Of a stretch of 64,000 nt of DNA, positions 8,095 through 17,038 are shown one piece after another (position 1 is the stretch's first letter; the number at the start of each line of letters is the position of its first letter). Source of the DNA: a virus; the IMG/VR virus record IMGVR_UViG_3300010399_000006, positions 1-64,000 of that record, one strand, 5' to 3'. The position numbers and the translations under genes are program-made. The notes beneath the pieces were generated by a model. The model was given only the letters and a program-made list of their open reading frames with translations. It was not told the origin of the DNA and ran no database searches.

Positions 8095-11080
8095 AGGCGA
8101 GGGTCCGAAGTCAGCACGGGTGATGCTCATCGGCGAAGCGAGCGGCGCCGCAGAGGATGAGAGGGGGCGCCCGTTCGTCGGAAAATCCGGAAAAGAACTT
8201 ACACGCTATTTGGAGAAGGCGAGTAAGATCAAACGTTCGTCGGTATATATCACCAATCTGGTGAAAGAACGCCCGCAGACGAAGAAGGTTGGCGGGAACA
8301 ACGCACCCACCACCGACGATATCAAGAGAGACGAACCGGAACTCATACAGGAGATCATCAATGTTAAGCCGACGTTCGTGGTTGCAGTTGGTAGGTACTC
8401 TGCTCGGTGGCTGCTTGGGTCTGATGCGTCGATCGAGAGCTGCCACGGGTTCGCCTTCCCCATCGGCGAGGAGTGCCGCAAGAGACTTCTATCAAGTATG
8501 GCTCAAAGTGTGCCCAGACCACGGGCCGGGTTGCCATCTGATGTACACCACTCTGGGTCTTCACGACACCGTTCGTCTCGGAGAGGTACACACACCGGCC
8601 AAGCCGTTCAACCATCATCTATTTCCGTTCATGAAATTCAGTCAGTTGACGGGAAAGAATCTGGATGGCTTGATCGACTCCACGTCATCGTCGTAACCCA
8701 TCCAGCAGCCGGACTTCACCAATCCGGCACCCAGCCTCAGATTAACGTTGACTTTATCCGCCTCGGTCAGTACGTCCGTGGAGAACTCGATCCCACTCCA
8801 CCGATCGACCAGTTCCCCGATCCCGACTACTACGAAATTCGTCAGCCAATACCACAACTATCTCCCCGCGACGTAGCAGTAGATACCGAATCCCGATTGG
8901 ATGGTAGTCATATTTGGGGCGGCAGCTACTCCTTCCATCCAGGTAGCGGCGCTGTGATCAGAGCGGCCAATCGCCGTCTGTTACCATCGTTCAGAGATCT
9001 GCTCTTCACCCACCGCATTGGTCTGCACAACGCCCCCCACGATCTACGAGTCATAGCCAAGTGGTTGGGCCTATCTATCTACGATCTGTGCAGTCAGATG
9101 CGGTTCGAATGCACCATGCAGATGGCGTTCGTCTACCGGCTGCTGCCGTTGGCGCTGAAGTCGATCGGCAAGCGATTCTTCGGCATGCCCACCAGAGATT
9201 ACCGGGAGGTAGTGGGTCCGGCGGATCAGCAACTAGCAGTGGAGTATCTACTGAAGGTACTCGACAACCAATGTGTGGTGTGTGGGGGAGTTGGTCAACT
9301 AGTTGACGATACCCGCAAGCATAAGACCAGTGGGAAGTTGCTGGAACCCAAAGCAGTACCGTGTTCTGAATGCGGGGGTGACGGTACTGGTTGGGATGCG
9401 CCTGAAGAGCAACTGAAATGGGACAACAAAAAGAAGCGCATGACGATCAGTCGTGGGCAACGGATGGGGACCAGAGTTCGGAAGGCACTGGAGAGAGTAG
9501 ATACGCTGGAGCTGGAGGGCGGTGCAGATAGTGCGGTTGATCAGTACTCTCAACAGGAGATCGACGAAGGTGACGACAAGCCGCCAGCAGGATTGCAGAA
9601 GTGGTGGAGATCGCAGATGAAGTATGAGTTCCGGTTGCAGGCAGAGGAGCAACTGGGACAGATACCAGAAGCCACGTTGCATGATATCGATCAGTCCGTA
9701 GCTATTGAATATAGTGCTTGTGACTCCGACATGACCGTACGGTTCTGGCCCTACGTAGAAAAGTTGGTCAAGGACGAAGGACTCTGGTCAGTCTACGAAG
9801 TTGATCGCGACGCCATGCCGATGTTCTGTCAGATGATGGAGGTCGGTTGGAAGATTGACGTACCGTACCTGAAGGAGCTATCGAACCAACTCAGTAACCA
9901 GATGGATGTCAAGCTGTACGAACTGGAGCAACTGGTAGGTCACTACGTCAGTCCGAGCAGCTACACTCAGGTTGGAGATCTGTTGTTCGGAGAACTAGGG
10001 ATGGAGCCGCTGTACATCACCGATAGCGGTGCTCCATCTACCAAGGACGATGTACTTAGCGATCTGAAACTCCAAGCAGCGAAGCTGATGGACGAGAGCG
10101 AGCAGCACCGTACTCAGTTTCGGTCGATCGAACTGATTCAAGATCATCGCGAACTATCGAAACTGAAAAGTACGTACACCATCAAACTGCCTAGGATGGT
10201 GGACGACTCCGACAGAGTACATACCGAACTCAAACAGGCAGTGACGGAGAGTCGTAGACCGGCCAGCAGGAATCCAAATCTTGCCAACGTGCCAACTAGA
10301 TCCGATAACGGACGACTGGTCAAGTACGCGTTCACTTGCGATCCGGATCACGTCCTCGTGGAAGCGGATTTTTCCCAGGCGGAGTTCAAGGTTCTGGCGC
10401 ACGAATCCGGTGAGAAGTCACTCATCAACGCCATCAACGACGGTCTCGATCCGCACGCGCTGACGACCAGTAAGATCTTCGGCATACCCCTGAAGAAGGT
10501 CGATAAGAACAGTTGGCAGCGCCGGGTCAGCAAGATGGTGTCGTTCTTGATTCTCTACGGTGGATCGGCAGTGCTGCTCAAAGCCAAGCTGAAGACCGAA
10601 GCGCAGATGGATGTGCCGGTAGAGGACTGCCAAAAGTGGATCGACGACTACACGTCCGCCAAGGGGTACGCGGCGATCGGAGAGTACATACAGGATTCGA
10701 TCGCGATGGCGAGAAGGTACGGTTACGTCGCCGACTCGTGGGGCCATCGCCGGTACCTACCTGGGGTGTACTCCGAGCTGTACGGGGTGCGAGCCGAAGC
10801 GGAACGGATCGCGGTCAACCATCGGATTCAGTCGTACGTCTCGGGAGTGATCAAACAGGCGATGATTACTCTTTGGAACGACTCCCTGCCGAGGTTTCGG
10901 AAGCGGGCGTACTGCGAACCCCTCATGCAAATCTACGACAGTTTAGTGACCGAAGTCCATAAATCCATAGCCGAGGAGTGGAGAGATGAGATGGTGCGGG
11001 TGATGTCGAACGTGGTCAAGCTGAAGGTACCTCTGACGGCGGAGGGGAAGATCGGCACCCGGTGGTCGGAACTGGAGTAA
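8084..11080 (+). CDS. DNA polymerase family A with N-terminal uracil-DNA glycosylase-like and 3'-5' exonuclease domains
   Basis: UDG-like GEASG/GRPFVG/YITN/HPAA; Exo DTES, HNAPHD, YSACD; Pol motif A DFSQAE, motif B KMVSFLILYG, motif C QIYDS. Confidence 0.92.
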   Translation: MRVRGEGPKSARVMLIGEASGAAEDERGRPFVGKSGKELTRYLEKASKIKRSSVYITNLVKERPQTKKVGGNNAPTTDDIKRDEPELIQEIINVKPTFVVAVGRYSARWLLGSDASIESCHGFAFPIGEECRKRLLSSMAQSVPRPRAGLPSDVHHSGSSRHRSSRRGTHTGQAVQPSSISVHEIQSVDGKESGWLDRLHVIVVTHPAAGLHQSGTQPQINVDFIRLGQYVRGELDPTPPIDQFPDPDYYEIRQPIPQLSPRDVAVDTESRLDGSHIWGGSYSFHPGSGAVIRAANRRLLPSFRDLLFTHRIGLHNAPHDLRVIAKWLGLSIYDLCSQMRFECTMQMAFVYRLLPLALKSIGKRFFGMPTRDYREVVGPADQQLAVEYLLKVLDNQCVVCGGVGQLVDDTRKHKTSGKLLEPKAVPCSECGGDGTGWDAPEEQLKWDNKKKRMTISRGQRMGTRVRKALERVDTLELEGGADSAVDQYSQQEIDEGDDKPPAGLQKWWRSQMKYEFRLQAEEQLGQIPEATLHDIDQSVAIEYSACDSDMTVRFWPYVEKLVKDEGLWSVYEVDRDAMPMFCQMMEVGWKIDVPYLKELSNQLSNQMDVKLYELEQLVGHYVSPSSYTQVGDLLFGELGMEPLYITDSGAPSTKDDVLSDLKLQAAKLMDESEQHRTQFRSIELIQDHRELSKLKSTYTIKLPRMVDDSDRVHTELKQAVTESRRPASRNPNLANVPTRSDNGRLVKYAFTCDPDHVLVEADFSQAEFKVLAHESGEKSLINAINDGLDPHALTTSKIFGIPLKKVDKNSWQRRVSKMVSFLILYGGSAVLLKAKLKTEAQMDVPVEDCQKWIDDYTSAKGYAAIGEYIQDSIAMARRYGYVADSWGHRRYLPGVYSELYGVRAEAERIAVNHRIQSYVSGVIKQAMITLWNDSLPRFRKRAYCEPLMQIYDSLVTEVHKSIAEEWRDEMVRVMSNVVKLKVPLTAEGKIGTRWSELE

Positions 11081-11089
11081 AATTGGTGG

Positions 11090-11126
11090 TTGACAGCACG
11101 TCAGGTTGGATGTATGGTATATACCA
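11090..11126 (+). promoter_or_regulatory. sigma70-type promoter overlapped by palindrome TGGTATATACCA
   Basis: TTGACA-17-TATGGT; perfect 12-bp palindrome at 11115-11126; ATG at 11129. Confidence 0.65.
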
Positions 11127-11128
11127 AC

Positions 11129-11302
11129 ATGCGAACTGACACGATAACTAGAATCAAAGCCATGCTGGAACAGGTACTCGACGGGGAGATCAAGAGGGCA
11201 GAAATCGATCTGGTCGGTCAGGGCAAGATTACTGTCTACCGTGCTGGAACTGTGGTACGTATCGATCTCCTGCCGGATGCCGATAACCCCGATATGTCGT
11301 GA
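11129..11302 (+). CDS. small hypothetical protein (near-leaderless)
   Basis: ATG 10 nt after the -10 box; protein-like sequence. Confidence 0.55.
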   Translation: MRTDTITRIKAMLEQVLDGEIKRAEIDLVGQGKITVYRAGTVVRIDLLPDADNPDMS

Positions 11303-11311
11303 GGTGAAGGA

Positions 11312-11451
11312 GTTGATCTTTGAGTGTTCGTGATTGCAGCGGATTCCATCGAGGCCGCAAGAGACCACTACCGTTGATGGGCGAGCTGTACCCGATGATG
11401 GCGAACCCGTAGGTGTTGCGCGTATGCAGTCACGAACATCGAGAGATCAAC
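11312..11451 (+). ncRNA. candidate structured ncRNA
   Basis: 27-bp terminal stem (11312-11338 with 11425-11451) with 3 G-U pairs and 2 mismatches, enclosing internal hairpins. Confidence 0.6.
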
Positions 11452-11462
11452 ACGGAGGCTGA

Positions 11463-11699
11463 ATGACGTTTAGAGTAGTTACCAAGGGTGCCTGCGATCG
11501 GTGTGGACTCGCCGATGAACGCGATGGGGCGGAGTACGGTATACCGCCCAAGGGTTGGTCAGAAATTACGATCAACACCCGGAGTCGTGGGCGTGAGGAC
11601 TCTGGCTGGACCAACTCCAAATCAACTAGATACCTGACTTGTCCTAGCTGTACTGATGCCGTCAAAGAAGTAGTTACCGCTACTGGAGACCAAACCTGA
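11463..11699 (+). CDS. small zinc-ribbon protein
   Basis: RBS GGAGG; CDRC...CPSC. Confidence 0.65.
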   Translation: MTFRVVTKGACDRCGLADERDGAEYGIPPKGWSEITINTRSRGREDSGWTNSKSTRYLTCPSCTDAVKEVVTATGDQT

Positions 11700-12127
11700 T
11701 GCCAACCGTACAAGTACCTCTCCAACCGTACACCGCGATCACCAAGCTCGCTAAGAGCAAGCGGTTCAAAGAACTCGCTGCCGAGAAGATCTCCCTCAAA
11801 CAGCAACGCGAGAGGGTCGCCGCGCGGGAAGAGGAAGTCAACGCCGAACTCTATCTGGTGATGGACAAGGACATCGACGACGACGACACCAAATCAGTGG
11901 AGTTCGAGGGCTACATGCTGACGAAGATCGACGCCGGTACCACCAGCAAGTTCAGCAAAACCGATCTGATGAAGAGACCCATTCGCTGCACCGGCTGCGC
12001 TGAGTGCAAAAAGAAGAAGGTAACGCTGTTCGTCACGGCGGTAGACATCGAGGCATGTACTACCGAGGGGAGCAGGAAACCCACGGTGAGTGCTGAGAAG
12101 ATCGATAAGGACAAAAAGAAGAAATGA
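11699..12127 (+). CDS. hypothetical protein (coiled coil, CxxC)
   Basis: Translationally coupled ORF. Confidence 0.6.
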   Translation: MPTVQVPLQPYTAITKLAKSKRFKELAAEKISLKQQRERVAAREEEVNAELYLVMDKDIDDDDTKSVEFEGYMLTKIDAGTTSKFSKTDLMKRPIRCTGCAECKKKKVTLFVTAVDIEACTTEGSRKPTVSAEKIDKDKKKK

Positions 12128-12372
12128 CTTTCGCCGCCACTGATACCTCAGCGGTATGTACCGCCCAACCGTGCATGCACTACGGCGAGGAGCAGCGTCA
12201 CGATCGCCAGCACCAACTCCGTGAGCACTGCACGGTACCGGTGGTGATGTGCAGCAAGTGTCAAGTGGTACCGGTGGGGAGATCGGAAGAAGAGTTGCTT
12301 GGTGGTGGATGGATTAGAGTTAGTGATCAGAGTGGAATCAGTTATCGGTGCGGTACTTGTGGGGTAGCATGA
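12124..12372 (+). CDS. small Cys-rich hypothetical protein
   Basis: ATGA overlap; CSKC...CGTC. Confidence 0.5.
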   Translation: MTFAATDTSAVCTAQPCMHYGEEQRHDRQHQLREHCTVPVVMCSKCQVVPVGRSEEELLGGGWIRVSDQSGISYRCGTCGVA

Positions 12373-12656
12373 TGGTGATGGAGATGGGAATGGAGCCGCG
12401 TTGCCGGAATTGCTGGCGACCGTACGCGATGCATACGGAGGGGCAGGATAAGCACGGCGGATGGCACATGTGGTGCCCCGACTGTCAGGACGAGTACGAG
12501 CCCGACGAATCGCCCGAAGCGCGCGTTCACGCAGCAGCGGATGAGTGGATTGAACTCTGTCGAAGGCGAGGGTATGCGCCGGAAAGCGAAGTGTCGGAAG
12601 TTGAGCGACGGTTCGTGGCCGCTCTGCTAGCAATCGAGAAAGCAGCCAACGAGTGA
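12369..12656 (+). CDS. hypothetical protein (CxxC pair)
   Basis: CRNC...CPDC. Confidence 0.5.
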   Translation: MMVMEMGMEPRCRNCWRPYAMHTEGQDKHGGWHMWCPDCQDEYEPDESPEARVHAAADEWIELCRRRGYAPESEVSEVERRFVAALLAIEKAANE

Positions 12657-12696
12657 CAGCTTCGGCGGAACACCCGCCGCGAAAGGAGGAGGGAAG

Positions 12697-13080
12697 TTGA
12701 AGCCATATCCCTATCGGCCTAGCGTCGTGCAGAACCGGAAGTTGGTAGGCTTCATGGCCTTCAACCACGCTACCGGCGCGATGAAACTCTGCGACGGATA
12801 CAGCCCGTGGCTCAAGGGGATGAAGCGACAAATCTTTGCGGGTGCCGGTGCCGACAAAGAGGCCACCGTTTTCAAGGACCCGTCGTCGGCGTTGCTTTGG
12901 ATCAGGAGGACGATTCAACAGGGACGGACCGAATGGAAGCGACGTTGCCGAGAAGACGGTACGGCAACGCGCTGGCAGGATTCCGACTGGAAATGGTTGC
13001 ATCGCGAGACGTGGTCTGTTATTCGGGTCTTCGTCGCGCTCAACTCCGAACACCAACCGAACCGAAAAGGAGCCCCATGA
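12697..13080 (+). CDS. hypothetical protein
   Basis: RBS AAGGAGG; ATGA overlap with the next gene. Confidence 0.55.
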   Translation: MKPYPYRPSVVQNRKLVGFMAFNHATGAMKLCDGYSPWLKGMKRQIFAGAGADKEATVFKDPSSALLWIRRTIQQGRTEWKRRCREDGTATRWQDSDWKWLHRETWSVIRVFVALNSEHQPNRKGAP

Positions 13081-13565
13081 AACGAAGAATCGTCCCCCTG
13101 TTTCTCATCGCAGTTCTCACCACCGGTTGCGGCACGATGGGCAATATCTTCCGCCGTTCCGGCACCGCTACTGACGCGAAGACAGCATCACTCCAAGCCC
13201 TGTCCACCACAACGCGTACGGCGAAGCTACTGGTGACGGCAGCGGCAGCTCTCGCCGATGCCGGGGTGATCACCGAGCCCCAGTGGCGTAAGATCGCCGC
13301 AGCGTCAGTGAACGCTGGCAATGCCCTCCAGGCGTGGCACGATGCGCTTCAGGCCAACAAAGACGCGACCGAGTACGTGGCTGTCGTGGGGCAGGCGCTA
13401 GCTGTGCTGGAAGCGCTGATGCCCGAGCCGTCCGGTAAACGGTCGAGTCCAGCAGCGTCAGTTGCACCGGAGACGTTCACTCCCGGCATGCCGGTCTCAC
13501 TCACTGAGTTGTCGTCTGCAATCTTCCAACTCTCCCATCCATCACTTTTGCGCCGCGCCGCGTAA
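13077..13565 (+). CDS. putative lipoprotein, Ala-rich helical
   Basis: MKRR plus hydrophobic stretch plus TTGC lipobox-like site; RBS AAGGAG. Confidence 0.65.
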   Translation: MKRRIVPLFLIAVLTTGCGTMGNIFRRSGTATDAKTASLQALSTTTRTAKLLVTAAAALADAGVITEPQWRKIAAASVNAGNALQAWHDALQANKDATEYVAVVGQALAVLEALMPEPSGKRSSPAASVAPETFTPGMPVSLTELSSAIFQLSHPSLLRRAA

Positions 13566-13589
13566 CCAGAAAGCGCGAGGAGGACACTG

Positions 13590-13817
13590 ATGCCCGCACT
13601 GCTCCAATTCCTGACCGTCATCCTTCCGCTGGTGCCGGAACTGACTTCGCAGTTCCGATCGGCGTTCGTCCAAGTGGGCGGCGACCCAGCGGATTTCGAC
13701 AAGATCCTTGCGGAGATCCAGACTGATATCGATGTACTGAAGAATCCCGATTCGCTACGGAAACGCAAGACAGCAACAAGGGCGACGGGGAAAAAGAAAA
13801 AGGCGGAGCAAGCGTGA
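13590..13817 (+). CDS. small amphipathic protein
   Basis: RBS GAGGAGG. Confidence 0.6.
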   Translation: MPALLQFLTVILPLVPELTSQFRSAFVQVGGDPADFDKILAEIQTDIDVLKNPDSLRKRKTATRATGKKKKAEQA

Positions 13818-13857
13818 ATCGACAGTATCAGACACCGTAGTTAGAGAGGAGATACCC

Positions 13858-14547
13858 ATGAAGGACGCGACAGACATCACAGTCATTCTCGATCGTAGCG
13901 GGTCGATGGATATGATCAAGGCAGACACTATCGGCGGGTTCAACCAGTTCCTTGCCGAGCAGCAGAAGGAACCCGGAGAGTGCTCACTGACACTCATCCA
14001 GTTCGACACGCAGAACGCTCAGGAGTACGTCTGCAACGCGGTCCCGATTGCCGACGTAAAGCCTCTGACGGAGTTGACGTTCGTACCGCGTGCTGGAACG
14101 CCGCTCTACGACGCTCTCGGTCAAGCGATCGTACGTACCGGAGAGAGGTACGCTGCGATGCCAGAAGATCAGCGACCGGAGAAGGTGCTGTTCATCATCA
14201 TCACCGATGGTGAGGAGAATTCCAGCAAAGAGTATGATCGCGCCAAGGTGTTCGCGATGGTCGGTGAACAGGAGAAGACGTATGGCTGGCACTTCATCTA
14301 CATCGGAGCCAATCAGGACGCTATGGCTGTTGGAGCGAGCGTCGGCGTTCGCGCAATGGCTTCCATGACGTACGCTCCAACGCCAGATGCGATTCACGCG
14401 ACCTACACCAGCCTGTCTGCCAACGTGAAGTCGGCGCGGATCGGTGCTCGGGCACAGATGGGAGCGAACCTCGGGTGGACTGACGAACAGCGGAAGAGGG
14501 CACGCGGTTCTGGCTCTGGATCTTCTAACAGGCCGAAGGGGCAATGA
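13858..14547 (+). CDS. vWA domain protein
   Basis: MIDAS DRSGSM, TPLYDA, ITDGEEN. Confidence 0.9.
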   Translation: MKDATDITVILDRSGSMDMIKADTIGGFNQFLAEQQKEPGECSLTLIQFDTQNAQEYVCNAVPIADVKPLTELTFVPRAGTPLYDALGQAIVRTGERYAAMPEDQRPEKVLFIIITDGEENSSKEYDRAKVFAMVGEQEKTYGWHFIYIGANQDAMAVGASVGVRAMASMTYAPTPDAIHATYTSLSANVKSARIGARAQMGANLGWTDEQRKRARGSGSGSSNRPKGQ

Positions 14548-14825
14548 CCGTGAAACGTGCACTAGTCTTCGCTGCCATCCTACTTCTCGTCACGTCGTGT
14601 GCGTCAGGCCCAACACCGCGCGATCTTGCCCAACTCACCTACTACCGCATGACCCACAAGGTGTTGGTGTTCGTGCCCGGCCCTGACGGTCTGGTGAGTT
14701 GCTGGGTGAGTGAGCGGAACATCCCGAAAGGTGCGGCGCAGTGCCAAGCGGATGCGTTCGCCGTGAAGTCGAAAGTACAATCGCAACCACAAACCCAAAC
14801 ATCAACGGGAGGAGCAGGACGATGA
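14544..14825 (+). CDS. putative lipoprotein
   Basis: MTVKR plus hydrophobic core plus VTSC lipobox. Confidence 0.65.
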   Translation: MTVKRALVFAAILLLVTSCASGPTPRDLAQLTYYRMTHKVLVFVPGPDGLVSCWVSERNIPKGAAQCQADAFAVKSKVQSQPQTQTSTGGAGR

Positions 14826-15307
14826 GCAACTTCGCAGAACTTAAACAGGCAATCGATCAACTGAAGGCAGAGGTGGGCGGACTGCGAGACGACGTGAATC
14901 AAGTCCTCGCAGCGGCAACTGGTGGCGGCTTGCTCGGCGTCGGCGAGCTGAATGCCGGAGCACTCAAGGTGGACGCCGACGCACAGACCATCTTCGCCAA
15001 GCGGTGGAACTCGGCGGCGGAAGCGGAGCGGGACCTCGATCCGATCAACGCCGCGACCGTGACCAACGGCGGCCAAGTCTACAACTGGGGTCCGGCCTTC
15101 AACGAAGGCGGCAAGTTCATGGCGTTCACCAACCCGTCCGCCGAGGCGACGAACTTCTTCTTCCAAGGCCCGCTGTACAAGGCGGCGGCGGCGAAGAAGG
15201 CGGCGCAGCCCGACACTCGACCGGCTGACGTGGACGTGGACGCGGGCAGTGCCGATCGTCAGCAGCGCGTGCAGTCGGCGACGGAGAAGGACGGGGAGCA
15301 ACCGTAG
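14822..15307 (+). CDS. hypothetical protein
   Basis: RBS GGAG/AGGA; N-terminal coiled coil; strong GC3 bias. Confidence 0.6.
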   Translation: MSNFAELKQAIDQLKAEVGGLRDDVNQVLAAATGGGLLGVGELNAGALKVDADAQTIFAKRWNSAAEAERDLDPINAATVTNGGQVYNWGPAFNEGGKFMAFTNPSAEATNFFFQGPLYKAAAAKKAAQPDTRPADVDVDAGSADRQQRVQSATEKDGEQP

Positions 15308-15631
15308 CCAATGGGCGCCTCCCGCATCGATTGCTGTACCGAATGCGGCTGCGAGATCCCTGAGTGGCAGACGTGCGGGTGCGAGCACAGCGAGGGCGGT
15401 GGGCAGCATCATCGAGAGTGTTGTAGGTGGAGGCAGCGATGACCAGATGGTCCGTGAACGAAGTCGGATGCCTGCCCGAAGAAGACGTGTGTAGCCTCCA
15501 TAGTCAGCCGTTGGTGTGCGATCACGGCTGTGATAGCGCCAAGCCTCACAAGTGCGGGCCTGAAATGGTAGAGGTAGGAAGTGACACACCGTACACGGTC
15601 GTAGAGTCTCAGTTGAAGAGGTAGATCGAAT

Positions 15632-15726
15632 GCCCGCCACTTAGTGTGTTGCGGACAGAGCAGTGGCCGGGGAGCACGGGAAAACTCAAATACCGATGCT
15701 CACCCGGCTGCTGCGATTTGAAGGGC
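15632..15726 (+). ncRNA. candidate structured RNA or cis-regulatory leader
   Basis: GCAGTGGCCGGG/CCCGGCTGCTGC (2 G-U pairs) extended by GAGCA/TGCTC; outer GCCC/GGGC. Confidence 0.45.
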
Positions 15727-15730
15727 GCAG

Positions 15731-15979
15731 ATGAAGAAATGTAGACCACGATGCTGGTTCACGGTGTACGGATGTCCGGGTGAGACAACTCCGTACTGCG
15801 TCCGGTGCGGTGCGAAGAATCCGCGCTGGCCCAAATTCCACTGTGCCTATAAGTACGAAAAGGGTGGCTACTACTGCCACCACTGGCTTTCTGCTCATTC
15901 GGACTTACTCGATCACAAGCCTGTGGCGCTGAATTTCGGCGTGGACCGCAGAAGCGAACGCGGTGCATGTCCAAGTTGA
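15731..15979 (+). CDS. small Cys/His-rich protein
   Basis: ORF with CVRC motif. Confidence 0.45.
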   Translation: MKKCRPRCWFTVYGCPGETTPYCVRCGAKNPRWPKFHCAYKYEKGGYYCHHWLSAHSDLLDHKPVALNFGVDRRSERGACPS

Positions 15980-16052
15980 GCGATTCAGGACGAAGGAGAT
16001 AGACGCACATGAAGCTATCTGAAGCAAGAGTCTTAGGAGTGCCGGTGGTATC

Positions 16053-16688
16053 GTGAGGCGCCTTCGCTACATTCAGACGTGTGAGGTTTGCAACGTTGAT
16101 TTTTGGATTACTCCATCCTTGGTGGGAGTGCGGTTTACGTGTTCTTTGCGCTGTAGAAGATCACTGGCTATCGCTCGTGTGTCGGGTGCCATCACTACAT
16201 TCCTTACAGGCAATGATCAGTTCATACGCTGGCCATTGACCAAAAGAAAAGAGGCGCTTGTTGATACCAAAGATGTACCGCTAGTCGCTCAGTACAAATG
16301 GCATGCCGCCCAGTTCGGACATAACTGGTACGCACGAACAAACATCACGTTGGATAGTGGTGAACGATGCACCATTACCATGCACACACTACTTATGGGA
16401 AGTAGGTCTGGGCATGAAGTGGATCATAGGGATGGCAATGGTCTCAATAACCGGCGACTCAATTTGCGCTGGGCAACGCGTACCCAAAATAGAGCAAACC
16501 AACGTCGTTCGTCGTCTACGTCCGGAGTGAAGGGCGTCTACTGGCATTCACGCGACAAGACATGGCAATCAGCTATCGCCGGTAAACATCTCGGCTACTT
16601 CAACTCAAAAGAAGAAGCACAATCAGCGTACGCCGCTGCCGCAGAACAACTATATGGAGAGTTCGCATGCACAACACCAATGTCGTAA
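16053..16688 (+). CDS. HNH-AP2 homing endonuclease
   Basis: VDHRDGNGLNNRRLNLR, SGVKGVYW, HLGYF...EEA..AY...YGEFA. Confidence 0.9.
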   Translation: MRRLRYIQTCEVCNVDFWITPSLVGVRFTCSLRCRRSLAIARVSGAITTFLTGNDQFIRWPLTKRKEALVDTKDVPLVAQYKWHAAQFGHNWYARTNITLDSGERCTITMHTLLMGSRSGHEVDHRDGNGLNNRRLNLRWATRTQNRANQRRSSSTSGVKGVYWHSRDKTWQSAIAGKHLGYFNSKEEAQSAYAAAAEQLYGEFACTTPMS

Positions 16689-16690
16689 AC

Positions 16691-17038
16691 ATGTCACTAT
16701 CAACTGCGATCAGGCTGGGATCGATGTTGGGGCCGCAAGGATTCTTTCGTCGGCGACACTACGTAGATAGCGAAACAATTGCAACGTGTGCCGTAGGTGC
16801 GGCGGAGGCGGCGATCGATGGGAACGTTTTCATCGTGTTTCCGATTCTACTCTCGCCATTTACTACCTGCTGCAAAGACGGATATTCAGCGGGCGATGTG
16901 TATGCACACATCTCTCACTTGAACGATCATCACCGTTGGACCCGCGAGCACATCGCCGATTGGGTTGAGCGGATCGAGAATGCCCAAGAGCTGACGACGA
17001 TCACGACTACGACGGAACTTGCTGAGGTGCCAGCGTGA
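16691..17038 (+). CDS. hypothetical protein
   Basis: CAVGA...LND...WTREHIADWVE phage-type pattern. Confidence 0.55.
   Translation: MSLSTAIRLGSMLGPQGFFRRRHYVDSETIATCAVGAAEAAIDGNVFIVFPILLSPFTTCCKDGYSAGDVYAHISHLNDHHRWTREHIADWVERIENAQELTTITTTTELAEVPA

Noticed and set aside
11312-11451. Retron msr-msd (a1/a2-like inverted repeats)
   Set aside because: No reverse transcriptase motif (YxDD) was recognised in the window
12148-15640. Long minus-strand ORFs (12148-13056, 14642-15640)
   Set aside because: Antisense shadows of GC-rich + strand genes that have RBSs and coupled starts
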